Below the pieces are notes generated by a model that had not been told where the DNA came from, did no database searches, and saw nothing but the letters and a program-made list of their open reading frames with translations. A stretch of 61,036 nt of DNA, counting the filler. It is 13 parts of 13 records of this genome, joined end to end, with 100 filler letters (N's around TTAATTAATTAA, not from the genome) between each part and the next. Parts side by side here need not be neighbours in the genome. Positions count along the whole stretch, not along the records: positions 29,598 to 34,309 come from SRR7504441_26626; positions 34,410 to 39,815 come from SRR7504441_26649; positions 39,916 to 43,933 come from SRR7504441_26650; positions 44,034 to 48,056 come from SRR7504441_26746; 9 more parts are not named here. One strand, given 5' to 3'. Below, one piece after another: positions 32,089-44,083 of the stretch (position 1 is the stretch's first letter; every line of letters starts with the position of its first letter). Made by a program: the position numbers and the translations under genes.

Positions 32089-34141
32089 TTAATCGAAAGG
32101 ATCAGGGTCGAACAAACTAGCGTCGAGCTTGCCAGACTCCATCGCTTCGCGCCGCATGATCTCGTCATTCTTCTCTTGAATCGAGTCCATCAGCCTCTTC
32201 TGTCGCGCATCATCCTCAACCTTCTTCTCGGCGGGCGTCAGCTTGGCAAACCGGCTCCTCTCCCTGCACAGGCTCAGGCACTGGCCCGTTAGGGAGGAGT
32301 CACTCGCGCTGCGTCTCCTGGTCGTGTTTCTGCCTGGCCTTCTCTTTGTCGACCATCGACTTTGGCAGATCTGAAAAGTCGTGATCCATCTCATGCCCTG
32401 CCCAACAGTTCTGCCCGAATGTACCCCGACGGCACCTCGCAGCTCGTATTGTCCGTTGAACAAGGCCTTCCAGTACAGCCGCTCGTGGAAGTGGCCTCCG
32501 CTCTTGCCATGATGGATCACACGTGCGATGTTCTTCGTCAGCTGGATCATGATGCAGCCTGTCCATCCCGCTCTCGTTTTCAAGCTGCCCTGTCGGCCGC
32601 ACCGTCTTCGATGGTCCAGGTGCATTCCTCAGGCACAATGATGTCCTTTAACTCCCTAGTCACATCCTCAGCACCGGCAGCAGCAGCACGGATACCGCTC
32701 AAACCATACCTTGCCGGTCCGGGTCTGCCTGACAGTCAGGTAGGTGGTCTTGAACTTAATATCAATTTCCCGCACGACCAACTGCCAAGTAGGTCGGCAG
32801 GCCCAGCTCACACCGGCTACCTCCTCAGGCTTGCAGTCAAATATGTTGACAGTGACTGAAGTGCTAGTCTGTGTCCATCGGTAGTACTCCCACTGGATCC
32901 AGAGCCGCGGCCGGGCCCCGTTCTTGTGGTAGTGCACTTGATACCCAATGAACGCGTCCCCTTGCGTTTCAAACTGGCAGCACCGCTCAGCCCACACACA
33001 TCGCCAGACACTCACCACTTCATTCCCATCCTCGTCGGTCATGATGTAAGGGCACGCCTCATAGGCGATCTGCTCATAGCACAGCTTTGTGCCCTCGGTG
33101 CACCGGGAAGAGATCTTCATTTCCCAGTCGTTCATTGTCCCGAATTGGCTCCGCTCGTCTGCTTGGTCGTGTACCATCTTGCTCGCCTGCTCGACCACCT
33201 TGGCCAGAAATAGCGCACAGCCGCACCTCGCGGAACTTCTCCGAGGCCAGGGTCCACTCCTTCAGGCCTTCGTACGCCACGGCCGCCCGCAGGTGACCTG
33301 CCGCCAGCTGAGTGCGAGGGGTGCATCAAGTTGCCTTTCGCCCACTGAGAATCGAGTGTCATGCACCGCTCGGCATCACGCAAGGCTGCATTCCACATGC
33401 CGCGGCGGGCAAACGCCAGCGACCGGTTTCCGTACAGCGGGACTACGTCCTCGAATCCCTTCTCGAGCGCCATGCGATAGTACCTGCGCCCTGCTCGATC
33501 ACCGGCACACGCGCAGCTGCAGCCGCAGCGCAGCGCACATTTCGGCCAGCTTGTACTCTTTCATGGTAACGGCTACGTCGCCCTGGTACTTGAGATCCTC
33601 CGGGCTTTTCTCGCCGTACGGCACTGTCTTGCCATCGCTCTCAAAATACTCTTCTATCTCTGCCTCCGACCACTCCACCGCATCCGCCGGCGGGGCCGGC
33701 ACCCCCCTGCCGCCCAGCTCGGCCCGGCCCGGCGGCCAGAGCGGCACATCATGGTGTGCGCGTCGGTGAGCATCTTAATGGAGAGCGCGGTGGGGCAGCT
33801 GGCCCGGTCCAGCGGCGGCTCTTCGAACAGCGCCGCCAGCTCGGCCGTCACCCTGTCCAGCTCGGCCTGCTCATCCTCGTCCTGTTCAGACACCGGCGGT
33901 TCCTCCTTGGCCGGGCCCTCTGCCCGCAGCGTGAGCCCCTCCCAGGAGGCCTGGCCTGACGGGTACCTGGGATTGGTTCGGCCGGCGGCTGCGGCGTCTG
34001 CTCGGCCGGCGGTCCGGACCCGCTGGCGGTGAAGACTGGGTCGTGCTCGTCGGCGATGTCGTCGTCGTCGTCCGGCACCGGGGCGGCCATCATGCTCTGC
34101 GTCCATTGCACCGCCGGCTTCTCCTCCTCGATCACAACCAT
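32089..34141 (-). CDS. TPR + CS (p23/NudC-like) domain co-chaperone-type protein, multi-exon
   Basis: LKYQGD...LYGNRSLAF...ALRDAERC...WAKG (TPR); YRWTQT...VTVNI...IIVPEECTWTIED...IQLTK...YWKALF (CS). Confidence 0.75.
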
Positions 34142-34536
34142 GCCGTTCCCCGCGGATTAACACATGCCGGCAGTGGTATCGGTGGATCAAGGCGATGAGG
34201 CGATCAGGCGATCCCTCACTGCACTTGTCATCCTCCTCAGCCGTGATGGTTGTATGATGGCTGGCTGCTCCAGTTAGGGTGTTTGAGGTATAGAGGAAGA
34301 ACGACGCTCNNNNNNNNNNNNNNNNNNNNNNNNNNNNNNNNNNNNNNNNNNNNTTAATTAATTAANNNNNNNNNNNNNNNNNNNNNNNNNNNNNNNNNNN
34401 NNNNNNNNNAGCGGCTGCGCGGCTGACTACTAATGATGACCTTTACATTGTAATAAAAAGGTCTACGTTTACTTGATAAATTTTATCTACATGTAACTAG
34501 CTACACTTATTATTATAGCTTATTATTAGCTTGGGT

Positions 34537-36021
34537 TCAGGTTAAATTTGTTTGCGGAGGCCAACGTGCCTCTACACAGCGCAAGAACGAATCCAGCTTA
34601 GCTAATCCGACTAACCCGGCCACCACGCCTTCAGCCCAATCAGCCAGTATGAATTCCGTCACGCCTAGCGCCTCGTCACCTAATTGCCTCACTCCAGCCA
34701 CCAACTCAGCGACAGGCTCCACTGCAGCGTCCACGACTGGCTTGGCCTCCGGTGGCAGCTCCAGCAGAGGACATCGCTCTGGCTTAAACACGCTTGACTT
34801 TTGATGCCTTGATTCGATCATCTGCCTAAAGAACAGCTGACCATCCGGGGAGCGCTGGGACGAGCGAGAGGCTGCAGCTGCACACACTCTGAGCAGGCTG
34901 CAGACCGACAGCCGGCCACCGAGTGCTGCCTGTACCGACGCCTGGAGGTAGCCGGCGACTGCTGCTGGATAGCTCGATGGGCTCGAGCGGAGCAGCTGCA
35001 GCCGAGTCAGTAGTAAGCGACCAGTGCAGTGCCTGCAGGATTAGCCTCGGCCTGAGCAGCTCCGGAGCAGCAAGCTTCCTCTCGAGCTGCCGGAGGCGGG
35101 TCAGCGGCACACAAGTTGAGCCGCACCTCGCGGGCCGGAGACGGCAAAAAGGTGTTTACGTTTAAATTGAGCGCTGAGAGCGCCTCGATCTGCACAGCCG
35201 GCTGGACCGGCGAGTGGCGGCCTGCCACCTGGTGTAACCAATAGGCGGGAATAAACAGCAGCTCTCCCGGAGATAGCACCACTGAGACCCCACTCGGCAG
35301 CTCGTCCAGCGCCACAGCCCGCGACAGCTGCCGCCGTGACCAATGGAACGCCGGATGGACCTGAGCCTGCTCACGCGCCGCCGTGGCCGGCCGGCACCGC
35401 AATCCTCGGGTCGCGCCAGGCACTCGGCGGCGCCAGCAGCACACGCTTCCTCCCGCACACCGCGGCATTGAAGTTGTCCGCCGTGTCGTAGTGAGCTCCT
35501 GCTCGAGTCCCGTTGGCCGAGAGCCACACAAAGCTCTCGGAGCTCCGGCCGAGATGCTGCAGCTGGCCGAGCCCAGGCAGCTGCAGCCAGCTGAAGTCCC
35601 GGTCGAGTCGACTCGCGTAGTACAGCTCTCGATCGGCTGGCGGGTCCAGCAGCTGCGTCAGCGGCACTTGTGTGGCCAGCTGCTCCGCTGGCGCTTGGAT
35701 CAGCCCGAGCCTATGCGCCTGCTCAGCTGCTGCGGTGATCTCCTCATTCACAAAGGGCTGGTTGGCTGGTCGCCAGCGCACCTCTGACAGCACTGGCACC
35801 GCCTGCGCCAGCCGCTGCGTGTGGCACCACTGGTCGCCCCAGCGGGCCATCGGACCGCCGGTGATCAGCCAGGGCTGGCCACTGTCCAGGATCTGCTCCA
35901 ACTGCTCGGCCGCTGGCAGCTCAGACCGCCAGGCCCACCGAGCCAGCCCGGCCGCTCCGCTGCGCTGCACCACCGCGGCCCAGCATACCAGCCCGAGCCA
36001 CCGTCCCGGCAGCACCCTCAT
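34537..36021 (-). CDS. JmjC (cupin_8-type) 2OG/Fe oxygenase with a signal peptide
   Basis: WLSANGTRAGAHYDTADNF...GRKRVLL; LSPGELLFIPAYWLHQ. Confidence 0.85.
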
Positions 36022-36187
36022 CCGCCCGGCGCGCCCGGACTCATGCCCTGCTCAGGGTCTCGGCCGGGGACTCAGGGTGTGCCCGCCGGCCGCGTCAACC
36101 GAACAGTTGCAGTGTGGGCGTGTGGGAGCAGCGCAGGAGGCGTGAGCCGCGGGCGGGCTGGCTGAAGCGGAGCTCATCGACGGGGCG

Positions 36188-37984
36188 ATGGGGGTACCAC
36201 CCGAGGGGGCGCTGGCCGAGAGGCCTGAGTCCCCGGCCGAGTCGCCCCCACCAAAGCACCCTGCGAAGGTGCCCTGGGAGCGGTGCCGCACCGAACGCCC
36301 GGGGGCAGCGGGATATGGGGCCGACTACGCAAGGCCATTCGTCGCCCGGGGGGAGCCCGACCTCGCGGCGGCCGTTGGATATGCCTGTGTCCGTGAGCTG
36401 CGGGTTCATGAAGAACGTGCTGGTGATCTTCCTGGTCTTCAGCTGCATCACTCTGAGCATCGTGGGGATCGCCAACCTCCTAGACGACTGGGCCACCTGG
36501 GACGGAGGCAAGCCACCCGCCCAGCAGTGCAGCTCACCCGGCCGGCAGCCCAAGCCCTGTTGTTCCTGATTGTGTTTGAGTTGGCTTTCATCTTCTCGTT
36601 CATCCGTGGCAACAACCAGCGGTGGCCCGAGCCCATAGCAGCCTGAGCTGGCCGGGCAGTCGGATCCTGGTTGAAGTGCTCGGGTTCTTCACCTCGCTGG
36701 CGCTGAGCATCCCCGGCTGGTGCCTACTCGTTTCTCCGACTCGCCGCTCAGCCGATGCGCAGGGTGAACGGGGCCAGTGTGGTTAACTACGACGAGAACT
36801 GGATCAGCACGCTGATGAACATCGGGATCTCGGCCGGGTCCGGCTTTATTCTCTCCTGGATTGTCCGCTGGTGCGGCCTCCTGTGGAGCGCGCGGCTCAG
36901 CCGTGTGCAGGGTGATCACCTTATTTCCGTACACATTCGGCTCTTGGGACCACGATAAGAGGTACGAGGACATTGCCAGGGATCTGCGGACCGGGGACGT
37001 GGTGCTGGCTTCCTCCAAGAACCTGGGCTCACAGATGATCAAGCTGATATGCGCCTCCAACTACTCTCATTCGGCGCTGATCATAAAGGATCCGGGTCCA
37101 GAAGTGCTCTACAGGTATTACATCAGTCCCGACATGGAGGACAAGCACGGCGTGTACGTCTGGGAGACCACCAGCGCCTTCCTGGATTCGTTTGACGAGA
37201 ACGTTTTCCCGGACTTTGCCAGTGCGCGTGAGAAGCAGAACGATAGCAGGACGGGCGGAGTTCAGCTCAACCCGCTCAGCAACTGGCTGTCGGCCTACAG
37301 CATGTGGGACGACCCGGAGAGCGCCACTAAACTTGGTGGGGGGGTGCAGCACCTTGGGCGGAACACCAGCGGTGCGCGGCCGGCCCAGGCGAGCTGAGTG
37401 GGTGGCAGTGGTGGTGGTCCGGCGGCTCTACGAGCTCGAGCACACCAACGACCAGCGGAACGAGATGCTCAAGCCGTTGATGCTTGACCTATCCCGATGC
37501 CCGTACGAGCAGCACCTGTGCGAGCTGACCGGCGCGGTGCTCGGATGGAATGGGAACGAGTGCCTCGCCGGTGGCTGCAGAGCTGAGTGCTGGGCAGGAA
37601 TCTGAACAGCGTGTTCTGCTCGGAGCTTGTGGCGGCGGGGCTCAAGGAGCTCGGGGTGATGGCCGAGGGGCTCAAGGAGAATTCGAATAACTACATCCCA
37701 GAGGTGGCTGGAGCCTCGGCCGACTGGCTGAGTGCAGGCAGGACTTTAACGAGGGCGCCATCCTGCGCGGGATGAACAAGGCGCTGCACTTTGGGCCTAA
37801 GGTGAGGGTCACCGTCTCACGCGAGCAGATCGCGACTGTGCAAAGGCAAGTGAGCTGTGCGTCAATGCAGCAATACGTGGTGCCGACCGCAAGTGAGAGA
37901 CAAAGTGAGATGCCACGGGATGACGGGGCTGGGGTGATGGAGAGGACGGAAGTCAGGACGGGAGACGGGACTCTGCAGGTGTAA
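36188..37984 (+). CDS. Membrane protein with a permuted papain-like NlpC/P60 (YiiX/C92-type) domain
   Basis: Several N-terminal hydrophobic segments; LRTGDVVL...YSHSALI, YVWET, GVQL, PYE, VFCSELVA (His precedes Cys). Confidence 0.8.
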
Positions 37985-38343
37985 TAGGGACATCTGCCTC
38001 ACGTCACAACGCTCATGCACAAGTACTCGTACGTATCGATATTACTCGTACGAATCAGTTTAACATTACGTACGTAGAACTAAATGTCATAATTGCGTGA
38101 GTGTTCTCAAAAACATAAGTTTTATTCGCATCATGACTTTGGCCGCGTGCTGTGGCATTCGGAATAGATTCCGAACGCAACGCGCTATTGCGGGCAATAG
38201 CATACTACTACAAGTTTGCAACTATCGTCTTGCGCCCGGCCCTCGCTGCCGCCCGGTCGTCGCCTGCGCCTAGTTCCCCTTTCCAGCCCTCCACCGCCAG
38301 CCGCTGTCGGCTAACGGGTTGCTGCTGGTCGCTTAGCCACCAT

Positions 38344-38652
38344 TCATTTGTCATCAGGGTCTGCCCGCCCTCGGCTTCGGCCCCGGCCAGCCTTTTCACC
38401 TATCTCGCGCGCAATGATGCAGGCGCCAGTGCCGAAATAGTCCTTGAGTGGCGCGACTGGGGAGGCGTCCAGCTCGATGAACGGCGGCCGGCCTGGGTAG
38501 CCGTAACGGACGTGGAGCCGCTCCTGGGGCAGCCCGGTCTTGCGGGATAGGATCTCCATGAACTGGCCCACCGAACTGCCCGACGGCAGCTCGACTTGCT
38601 CGGTCCCGCCCGGGATCAGACTGCTGAGTGGGTGCCGCAACGATACCGACAT
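38344..38652 (-). CDS. Small ubiquitin-like protein (UBX/OTU1 N-terminal type)
   Basis: MSVSLRHP...SVGQFMEILSRKTGLPQERLHVRYGYPGRP; probable in-frame 39-nt intron near the 3' end. Confidence 0.55.
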   Translation of the reverse strand: MSVSLRHPLSSLIPGGTEQVELPSGSSVGQFMEILSRKTGLPQERLHVRYGYPGRPPFIELDASPVAPLKDYFGTGACIIAREIGEKAGRGRSRGRADPDDK

Positions 38653-38740
38653 GCTGTGCTCAACCGTGTCGTGCGGCCAACCCTGCCCCCGACGGTCAGC
38701 CTGCCCCCCAGCTTGGCGCCACACCGACATGCTTCGACAC

Positions 38741-38756
38741 AAACGGTAAACAACGG
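38741..38756 (+). promoter_or_regulatory. Tandem AACGG boxes in a divergent intergenic region
   Basis: aAACGGtaaacAACGG, 10-bp period, between ATGs 38652(-) and 38844(+). Confidence 0.5.
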
Positions 38757-38843
38757 TACCCTTTGTGCACACTGACAGAATCATCCCTGGCAGCCCCAGG
38801 GGGACGACTGCCGCGAGAAGGGAGTCCCGAGACGGCGTAGAGG

Positions 38844-39512
38844 ATGAGCACCGGACCGCCAGGTGAGCGGGGATCCACCTGCCTGGGGTGATGATGGGGC
38901 ACAGACCTCCCGGCCACAGACCCAGCGGGGAATGCGCTCACCGGCGAAAGGACCGATGGGGCAGCTATGTTGATCGACCCCCCAGTTTCCGAGCCCCGCG
39001 AGGAGAACAGCAAGCGGCAGAGAGTCGAGGGGAGCGGTGCGGCATGCTTGCCGCTGCCCCTCTGACTACGGTGGCCAGATGGATCGCCCCGCAGGCCTGT
39101 GCCGCTGGGACCGCTCTATGGCGACCACTGCCACGCCGTAGCTGCTGTGCTCGCCCAGCCGCAACCCGACCCGGGATTTGCGGATGGCGAGACCAGCCTG
39201 CTCGTGCGGCTGGCGCGGGTGGCCTACGAGGTCCTCGGCGACCCTGTGTTCGCGCTCCAAATCGAGCCGCTGGTGCAACATCTCGAGCTGCTGCAACGTG
39301 GCCGTATCAGCCCTTATGCTGATGCTGAGCTCGAGGCCGCGGCTAATGCGGTGATTCAGGCCAAGGAGATGCTGCTGAAGCGTGTCGCCGTGAAGCTGGA
39401 CTTCGCTTACCAATTTCAAATGGTTGCGATCCCGACGACACCAATCCTCAACCCCGAACTAATAGAGCTTCTAGAGGGGTTTAGCAACCTCATCCGCACA
39501 GAGAAGGGGTGA
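38844..39512 (+). CDS. Hypothetical protein, 2 introns
   Basis: ATG 38844; GT-AG introns join to the helical ORF 39099-39512. Confidence 0.5.
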
Positions 39513-39915
39513 TCCCCGTAGATAATATGCCCTAGCTTTAATTACAGCCACGTTCCGTACCCGCTATGCTGGCTAATCATCTTCTACTTGTACGTACTCG
39601 TACGTATCAAATAAACAATTGTGGACAAGGGACACGATTATGACTAGTATGCTTGCTTATATTAGGCCCTAGAGAATGTACTGCAATGAAGTAGGCAGGA
39701 CCTGAACCCTCTAGCGCGCGGCGGGCACTCGCACCCGCCACAAGCAACCGGGCGCTCGAGCTGCTCGGTACCCGGCGTAGCAGCGGTGGCGTACTGGTCG
39801 GCCTGCGCCTGCCCCNNNNNNNNNNNNNNNNNNNNNNNNNNNNNNNNNNNNNNNNNNNNTTAATTAATTAANNNNNNNNNNNNNNNNNNNNNNNNNNNNN
39901 NNNNNNNNNNNNNNN

Positions 39916-42303
39916 GTAGCTGTTGCCGGGTTGGATCTGGAGATACAGGCGAGAGTGCTCGAGGACATGACCGTAGATGAGAGGGTGCTCACTCTGAATT
40001 CGATGCGAAGAAAGCAGAGGGCGGAGGCTCTTGCAGTAACGGCTCCCGAGTTAAGAGCCGAATCTCTGCTCGCGATGAATCCAAACGCCCGGGCCGAGGC
40101 GCTGGCGCTGCTGACCGAGAACGAGCAATCTGAAACCCGGAAGGCGCTGGCTCCGGGCCGTTGGCTGGACATGACGGTTGGGGCATCTGTCGCAGAGCGG
40201 TCGAGGTTGCTGATGGAGCTCTCGCTGCCAGCTCAGGCCAGTACACTTTTAGCAATGGAAGAAGCGGAGAGAGCCGCTGTGATGAGTAGCCTTTCCGCGG
40301 AGCACAGGGCGGCTGTTATTTTAAGCATGCCTGATGGCCCACAAGGGGCACTCGCAGCGATGCCAATCGAGCAGCGGGTGGCTACCTTGCTTGCTATGTC
40401 TGTTGAGGGAGTCGCCAAAGCGCTGGCTAACATGGAGGTTGAGGAACGGGTCGAGGTGCTGGCGGGAATGTGGGCCGAAGAGCGTGTCGTGTGTCTCGCG
40501 GCAATCGGGCCAGAGCTGGCTGCGCCAACCCTTGCTGCCATGTGGCCTGAGGAGTGCCGGGCGACCTGGCAGGCAATGGATCCAGACCACAGGGACGAGG
40601 TTCTCAGAGAGTTGACAGCTGAGAGCGCAGCCAAAGTTCTGATGCCCACAGTTAGTGATCCGGAAGCTTTGGCTGAGAGTCTGCGGCGCATGCCGACCAA
40701 AAGGGCTGCGGATGTGCTCTCGAGAGCAGCGCCAGAAGAGAGAGTGGCTGGATTAACTGCCATGCCGCCCAGAGATCAGGCGGCGATTTGTCTTCAGATG
40801 GAACCGGAGGCTATGGCACTCACCATTCACGCAATGCGGCCCGATGAATGGGCACCTGTGAAAGCAACTATGAGCCAAGAAGAGCGACAGACCGCGCTTG
40901 ATGCGCTGCAGCAGGCGCGACAAACTGTTCTCCAGGACTGTGCATGCAAGCAATGTGCTGAGGCTCGTCCAGAAGGCAAGGCCAAGGTCCTGGTGGCAGT
41001 TTTATCGCCGGCGTTGGATGCCCTGGTTGCTTTGGCCCTTCAGAAGCTGGGGGTCGCGCGTCTCAACGCTTACTATTCAAATCGACGAAAGATCCTTGGT
41101 GCAAGCTTACAGGACATATTGTATCGGCACGACAGGATGAGAGTTGCCCTGCTCGACTGGGCAAGCCTAGACCAACGCAGCCAGCTCTCATCAGTACTGC
41201 AAAGTTTGATAGCTGGAAATGAGTTGGCAAAGGCGGAAGCTATTAAGTCCAAGGCCGACTCTGATGCAAAGATTCGAACATGCATGTCTGCCTGGTCTTG
41301 GTTTATAGACAAGGGCCCCGTTCAATGGTCGGTCCTGCAGATCTGGATTGCCAATACTCGATCGCAACCCATTGTCGCTGCTGCAACGTCCAATCTGGTC
41401 AGCGCAAGCGGACCGGCCCTCACAACAACGTCGGGCAAAGATCAGGCTGAAGCTCTAGTTGAGCTACCTGCCGACAAACAGGCCAAGACGCTGAGCCAAA
41501 TGGGTGCTGATGAGAAATCAGCGACTCTAAATGCCATGGACGCCGAGCAGAGGGCTGGGATTCTTGGCAGTATGATTCCGAAAGAGGGCGGTTTGGCCCT
41601 CTTAACCATCTCGCCGGCAAAGCAGGCAGGCACGCTTGCAGCTATGCCCGCAGAGGAGCAGGCTGCAGTACTAGCAGCTTTGACACACAAGGACCGCATG
41701 GCCGCCCTGAGTGCCATGGCTCCAGCATCTGCAGCATCTGCTCTAGCCAATTCTTCAGTCTCAGAGCGCGCACACATGCTTGCTGGGATGCCGTCAGCCA
41801 GGAGAGTTGCAGTGTTGAGAGAGTACACTGCAGAAGAGAGCACCGCGATGCTCTCAGAGATGCCGCAAAAGACACGCCTGGCGACCATTGCGGAGATGCC
41901 CGAAACACTGTTCCAAGGCGTGGAAGCTGAGCGTCCAGCGAACATGCCGTCGAAAATCGTCGAAGATTTTGAGGGCAAGGAGCCGGAGGAAATAGCGGCA
42001 TATCTGGCTGGCATGCCTCCGGAGGGGCGATGGCCACTGCTCGCAGCGATGCCCGAGTGTGGGCGCCATGTCCTGGCCGCCCTGACGCCTGAGGAGAGAG
42101 CCTCTACCCTCGCTGCAATGCCCCCACATAGAAGAGACACTGCTCTGAGCGCAATGAATCTCGAGGATAAAGCAGTCACTGCACCTCTACTGGCGACTCT
42201 GCAATCCAAACGCAGGCTAGCAGAAGAACCGTCACTCACAAACTTGTCGCCAATCGACGCAATGCTTGTGCACAATGGGCTTGATGTGACTCAGTCTAAA
42301 TAA
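39916..42303 (+). CDS. Alpha-solenoid protein of roughly 12-aa LxxMxxExRAxx repeats (MgtE_N/FliG-like), 5' partial, intronless
   Basis: 790-aa ORF with two blocks of repeats such as LAAMPAEEQAAV, LAGMPPEGR, LAAMPPHRR. Confidence 0.65.
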   Translation, partial: VAVAGLDLEIQARVLEDMTVDERVLTLNSMRRKQRAEALAVTAPELRAESLLAMNPNARAEALALLTENEQSETRKALAPGRWLDMTVGASVAERSRLLMELSLPAQASTLLAMEEAERAAVMSSLSAEHRAAVILSMPDGPQGALAAMPIEQRVATLLAMSVEGVAKALANMEVEERVEVLAGMWAEERVVCLAAIGPELAAPTLAAMWPEECRATWQAMDPDHRDEVLRELTAESAAKVLMPTVSDPEALAESLRRMPTKRAADVLSRAAPEERVAGLTAMPPRDQAAICLQMEPEAMALTIHAMRPDEWAPVKATMSQEERQTALDALQQARQTVLQDCACKQCAEARPEGKAKVLVAVLSPALDALVALALQKLGVARLNAYYSNRRKILGASLQDILYRHDRMRVALLDWASLDQRSQLSSVLQSLIAGNELAKAEAIKSKADSDAKIRTCMSAWSWFIDKGPVQWSVLQIWIANTRSQPIVAAATSNLVSASGPALTTTSGKDQAEALVELPADKQAKTLSQMGADEKSATLNAMDAEQRAGILGSMIPKEGGLALLTISPAKQAGTLAAMPAEEQAAVLAALTHKDRMAALSAMAPASAASALANSSVSERAHMLAGMPSARRVAVLREYTAEESTAMLSEMPQKTRLATIAEMPETLFQGVEAERPANMPSKIVEDFEGKEPEEIAAYLAGMPPEGRWPLLAAMPECGRHVLAALTPEERASTLAAMPPHRRDTALSAMNLEDKAVTAPLLATLQSKRRLAEEPSLTNLSPIDAMLVHNGLDVTQSK

Positions 42304-42552
42304 ATAAGAGCTCGAGGAGTGTGTGCCTGGTGCAAATTCCGGTTTAAATGCAATTGATTAAAATAATTGTTCAGTGTAGAACAGTTACTGTTGCGGCACT
42401 AGTACTAACGATTTCAGCTACAGGACTCCACAAGTCTTGCCAGTGGCGTTATCAAAATGCATAATTATAATTTAATGATCACAAATGTTGGATAGATCCC
42501 TAGGCATGTTCAACCAGCGCGCATGCAGGTACGGTCATTGGGCATCGGGAGG

Positions 42553-43536
42553 CTACCCTTCAACCTGAGCGACAATCGCACAAAGCCCGGTCTCATTGTG
42601 CAGCTCTCGCATGCCAACTGGCATGTTGGCGATAGAGTCGACACCGGTGAATACGGCGTTTTTCGCCACGGCTGTATTGCCATAGTTGTTCTTGCACGTT
42701 GCCCTCACGAATCCTATGCGAGCGGCCGAGCTGCACTTCCGGGCACCCGAAGGCTGGTAAGTGCATGCCACCACTTTCCACACGCTGCAAACCACGTCCC
42801 ATCTGCCTTTGAAGGTGCCAGAGCCAGTCTCTGCTACCATACCCTTTGAGTCATAGATACGGGCGTGCATTTCAGACTGCTGCTTGATGCACTCCATCGG
42901 GTTAGAGCCATGGCAACTCCCCTTGGTGATGCCAATGGTTCCGCCACCCCATAGGGAGTTGTGGCTCACCCCAGGACTGCACTCAATGTTGTTCCGCTGG
43001 AGTGGCCGGCAAAAGATGAATCGGCCGCCACATTTTGCTGTGTCACAGTCAGTTTGCAGGTCCTCATACTTGTTTGTGAACCGGCACTCATTTGTGCCGC
43101 TGCCTGAATGGCACGATATGCTGTCGTACCGTGATTGGGACAAGGCACGGATCTGCCAAGGTACTGTGCCGGCAGGGCAAGCTGCGCACCCAGTGTCGTC
43201 GTCCACTTTGTACAGCACTCTGTAATAGTCCTGATGTTGCTTTTGTTTAGTATACACCCCCGCGCTGTTGGCTTGGCGCCTTGTAAGTGCCGCCTATTGC
43301 CTTCGCGGCGGCCTGACACTCGCTGACGGAGGAAATGCCTACCGATCCGGTCGGGCACACATTGTTACTGCCGTGCGTCCCCAATGTATAGCTGGACGCG
43401 AACGCCTGCACGCGGACACGGCTCAACCAAAGCGGGCACCCACCCACGGCACGCGCACCGCTGGGACGGCGACCACGAGGACGAGGCACCACGCCGCCAA
43501 CCCCCAGGCCAACCCCCAGGAGCGGCCACCAGGCAT
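42553..43536 (-). CDS. Secreted Cys-rich protein
   Basis: Signal peptide MPGGRSWGLAWGLAAWCLVLVVAVPA, intron, then CPTG..ISSVSECQAAA and the Cys-rich ORF 42553-43257; junction near 43230-43280 uncertain. Confidence 0.55.
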
Positions 43537-44083
43537 GCCACACTGCACCTTCTAGGGGTGAATCTGGAATCTGCGAGACAAGATGCGTATGGCGCCCCCG
43601 CGCTCGCGAGCAAGTTGAAGTGTACAGGTCTACTACTGTACAATCATGATGACTGACTAGTACATGACTACATGTACTAAAGTACTGGTACATGTACAAT
43701 TGTACTGAAGGTGGGACTGGTCGTTTAATCTCTTAAGTTAAGGCGCATTGTTAGGAGACCTCAGCAGCACTTGTGTGTCCGAAGCTCCTACGAAGCTCCT
43801 GGTTACCCTTGCTGTCGCTGCGTCGCTGTAACCATCCAGCGCCATTCCGGCGGACTCCGGCCTCTCGGAGTTTTCCAGGTTGTCGTTGCGCCGTTGGCAG
43901 TCTGTTGGCTCCACACTTTACCTACGGACTACTNNNNNNNNNNNNNNNNNNNNNNNNNNNNNNNNNNNNNNNNNNNNTTAATTAATTAANNNNNNNNNNN
44001 NNNNNNNNNNNNNNNNNNNNNNNNNNNNNNNNNGGGTGCAATACAGACCTTTGATTGATTGAAGTCCTACCTAAGTCCGACTA

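Noticed and set aside
38290-38350. TGA after the ubiquitin-like ORF followed by a hairpin: selenocysteine or stop-codon reassignment
   Set aside because: Spacing does not fit a SECIS, there is no redox motif context, and TGA, TAA and TAG all act as normal stops elsewhere (ATG8, eIF2-beta, GH59)
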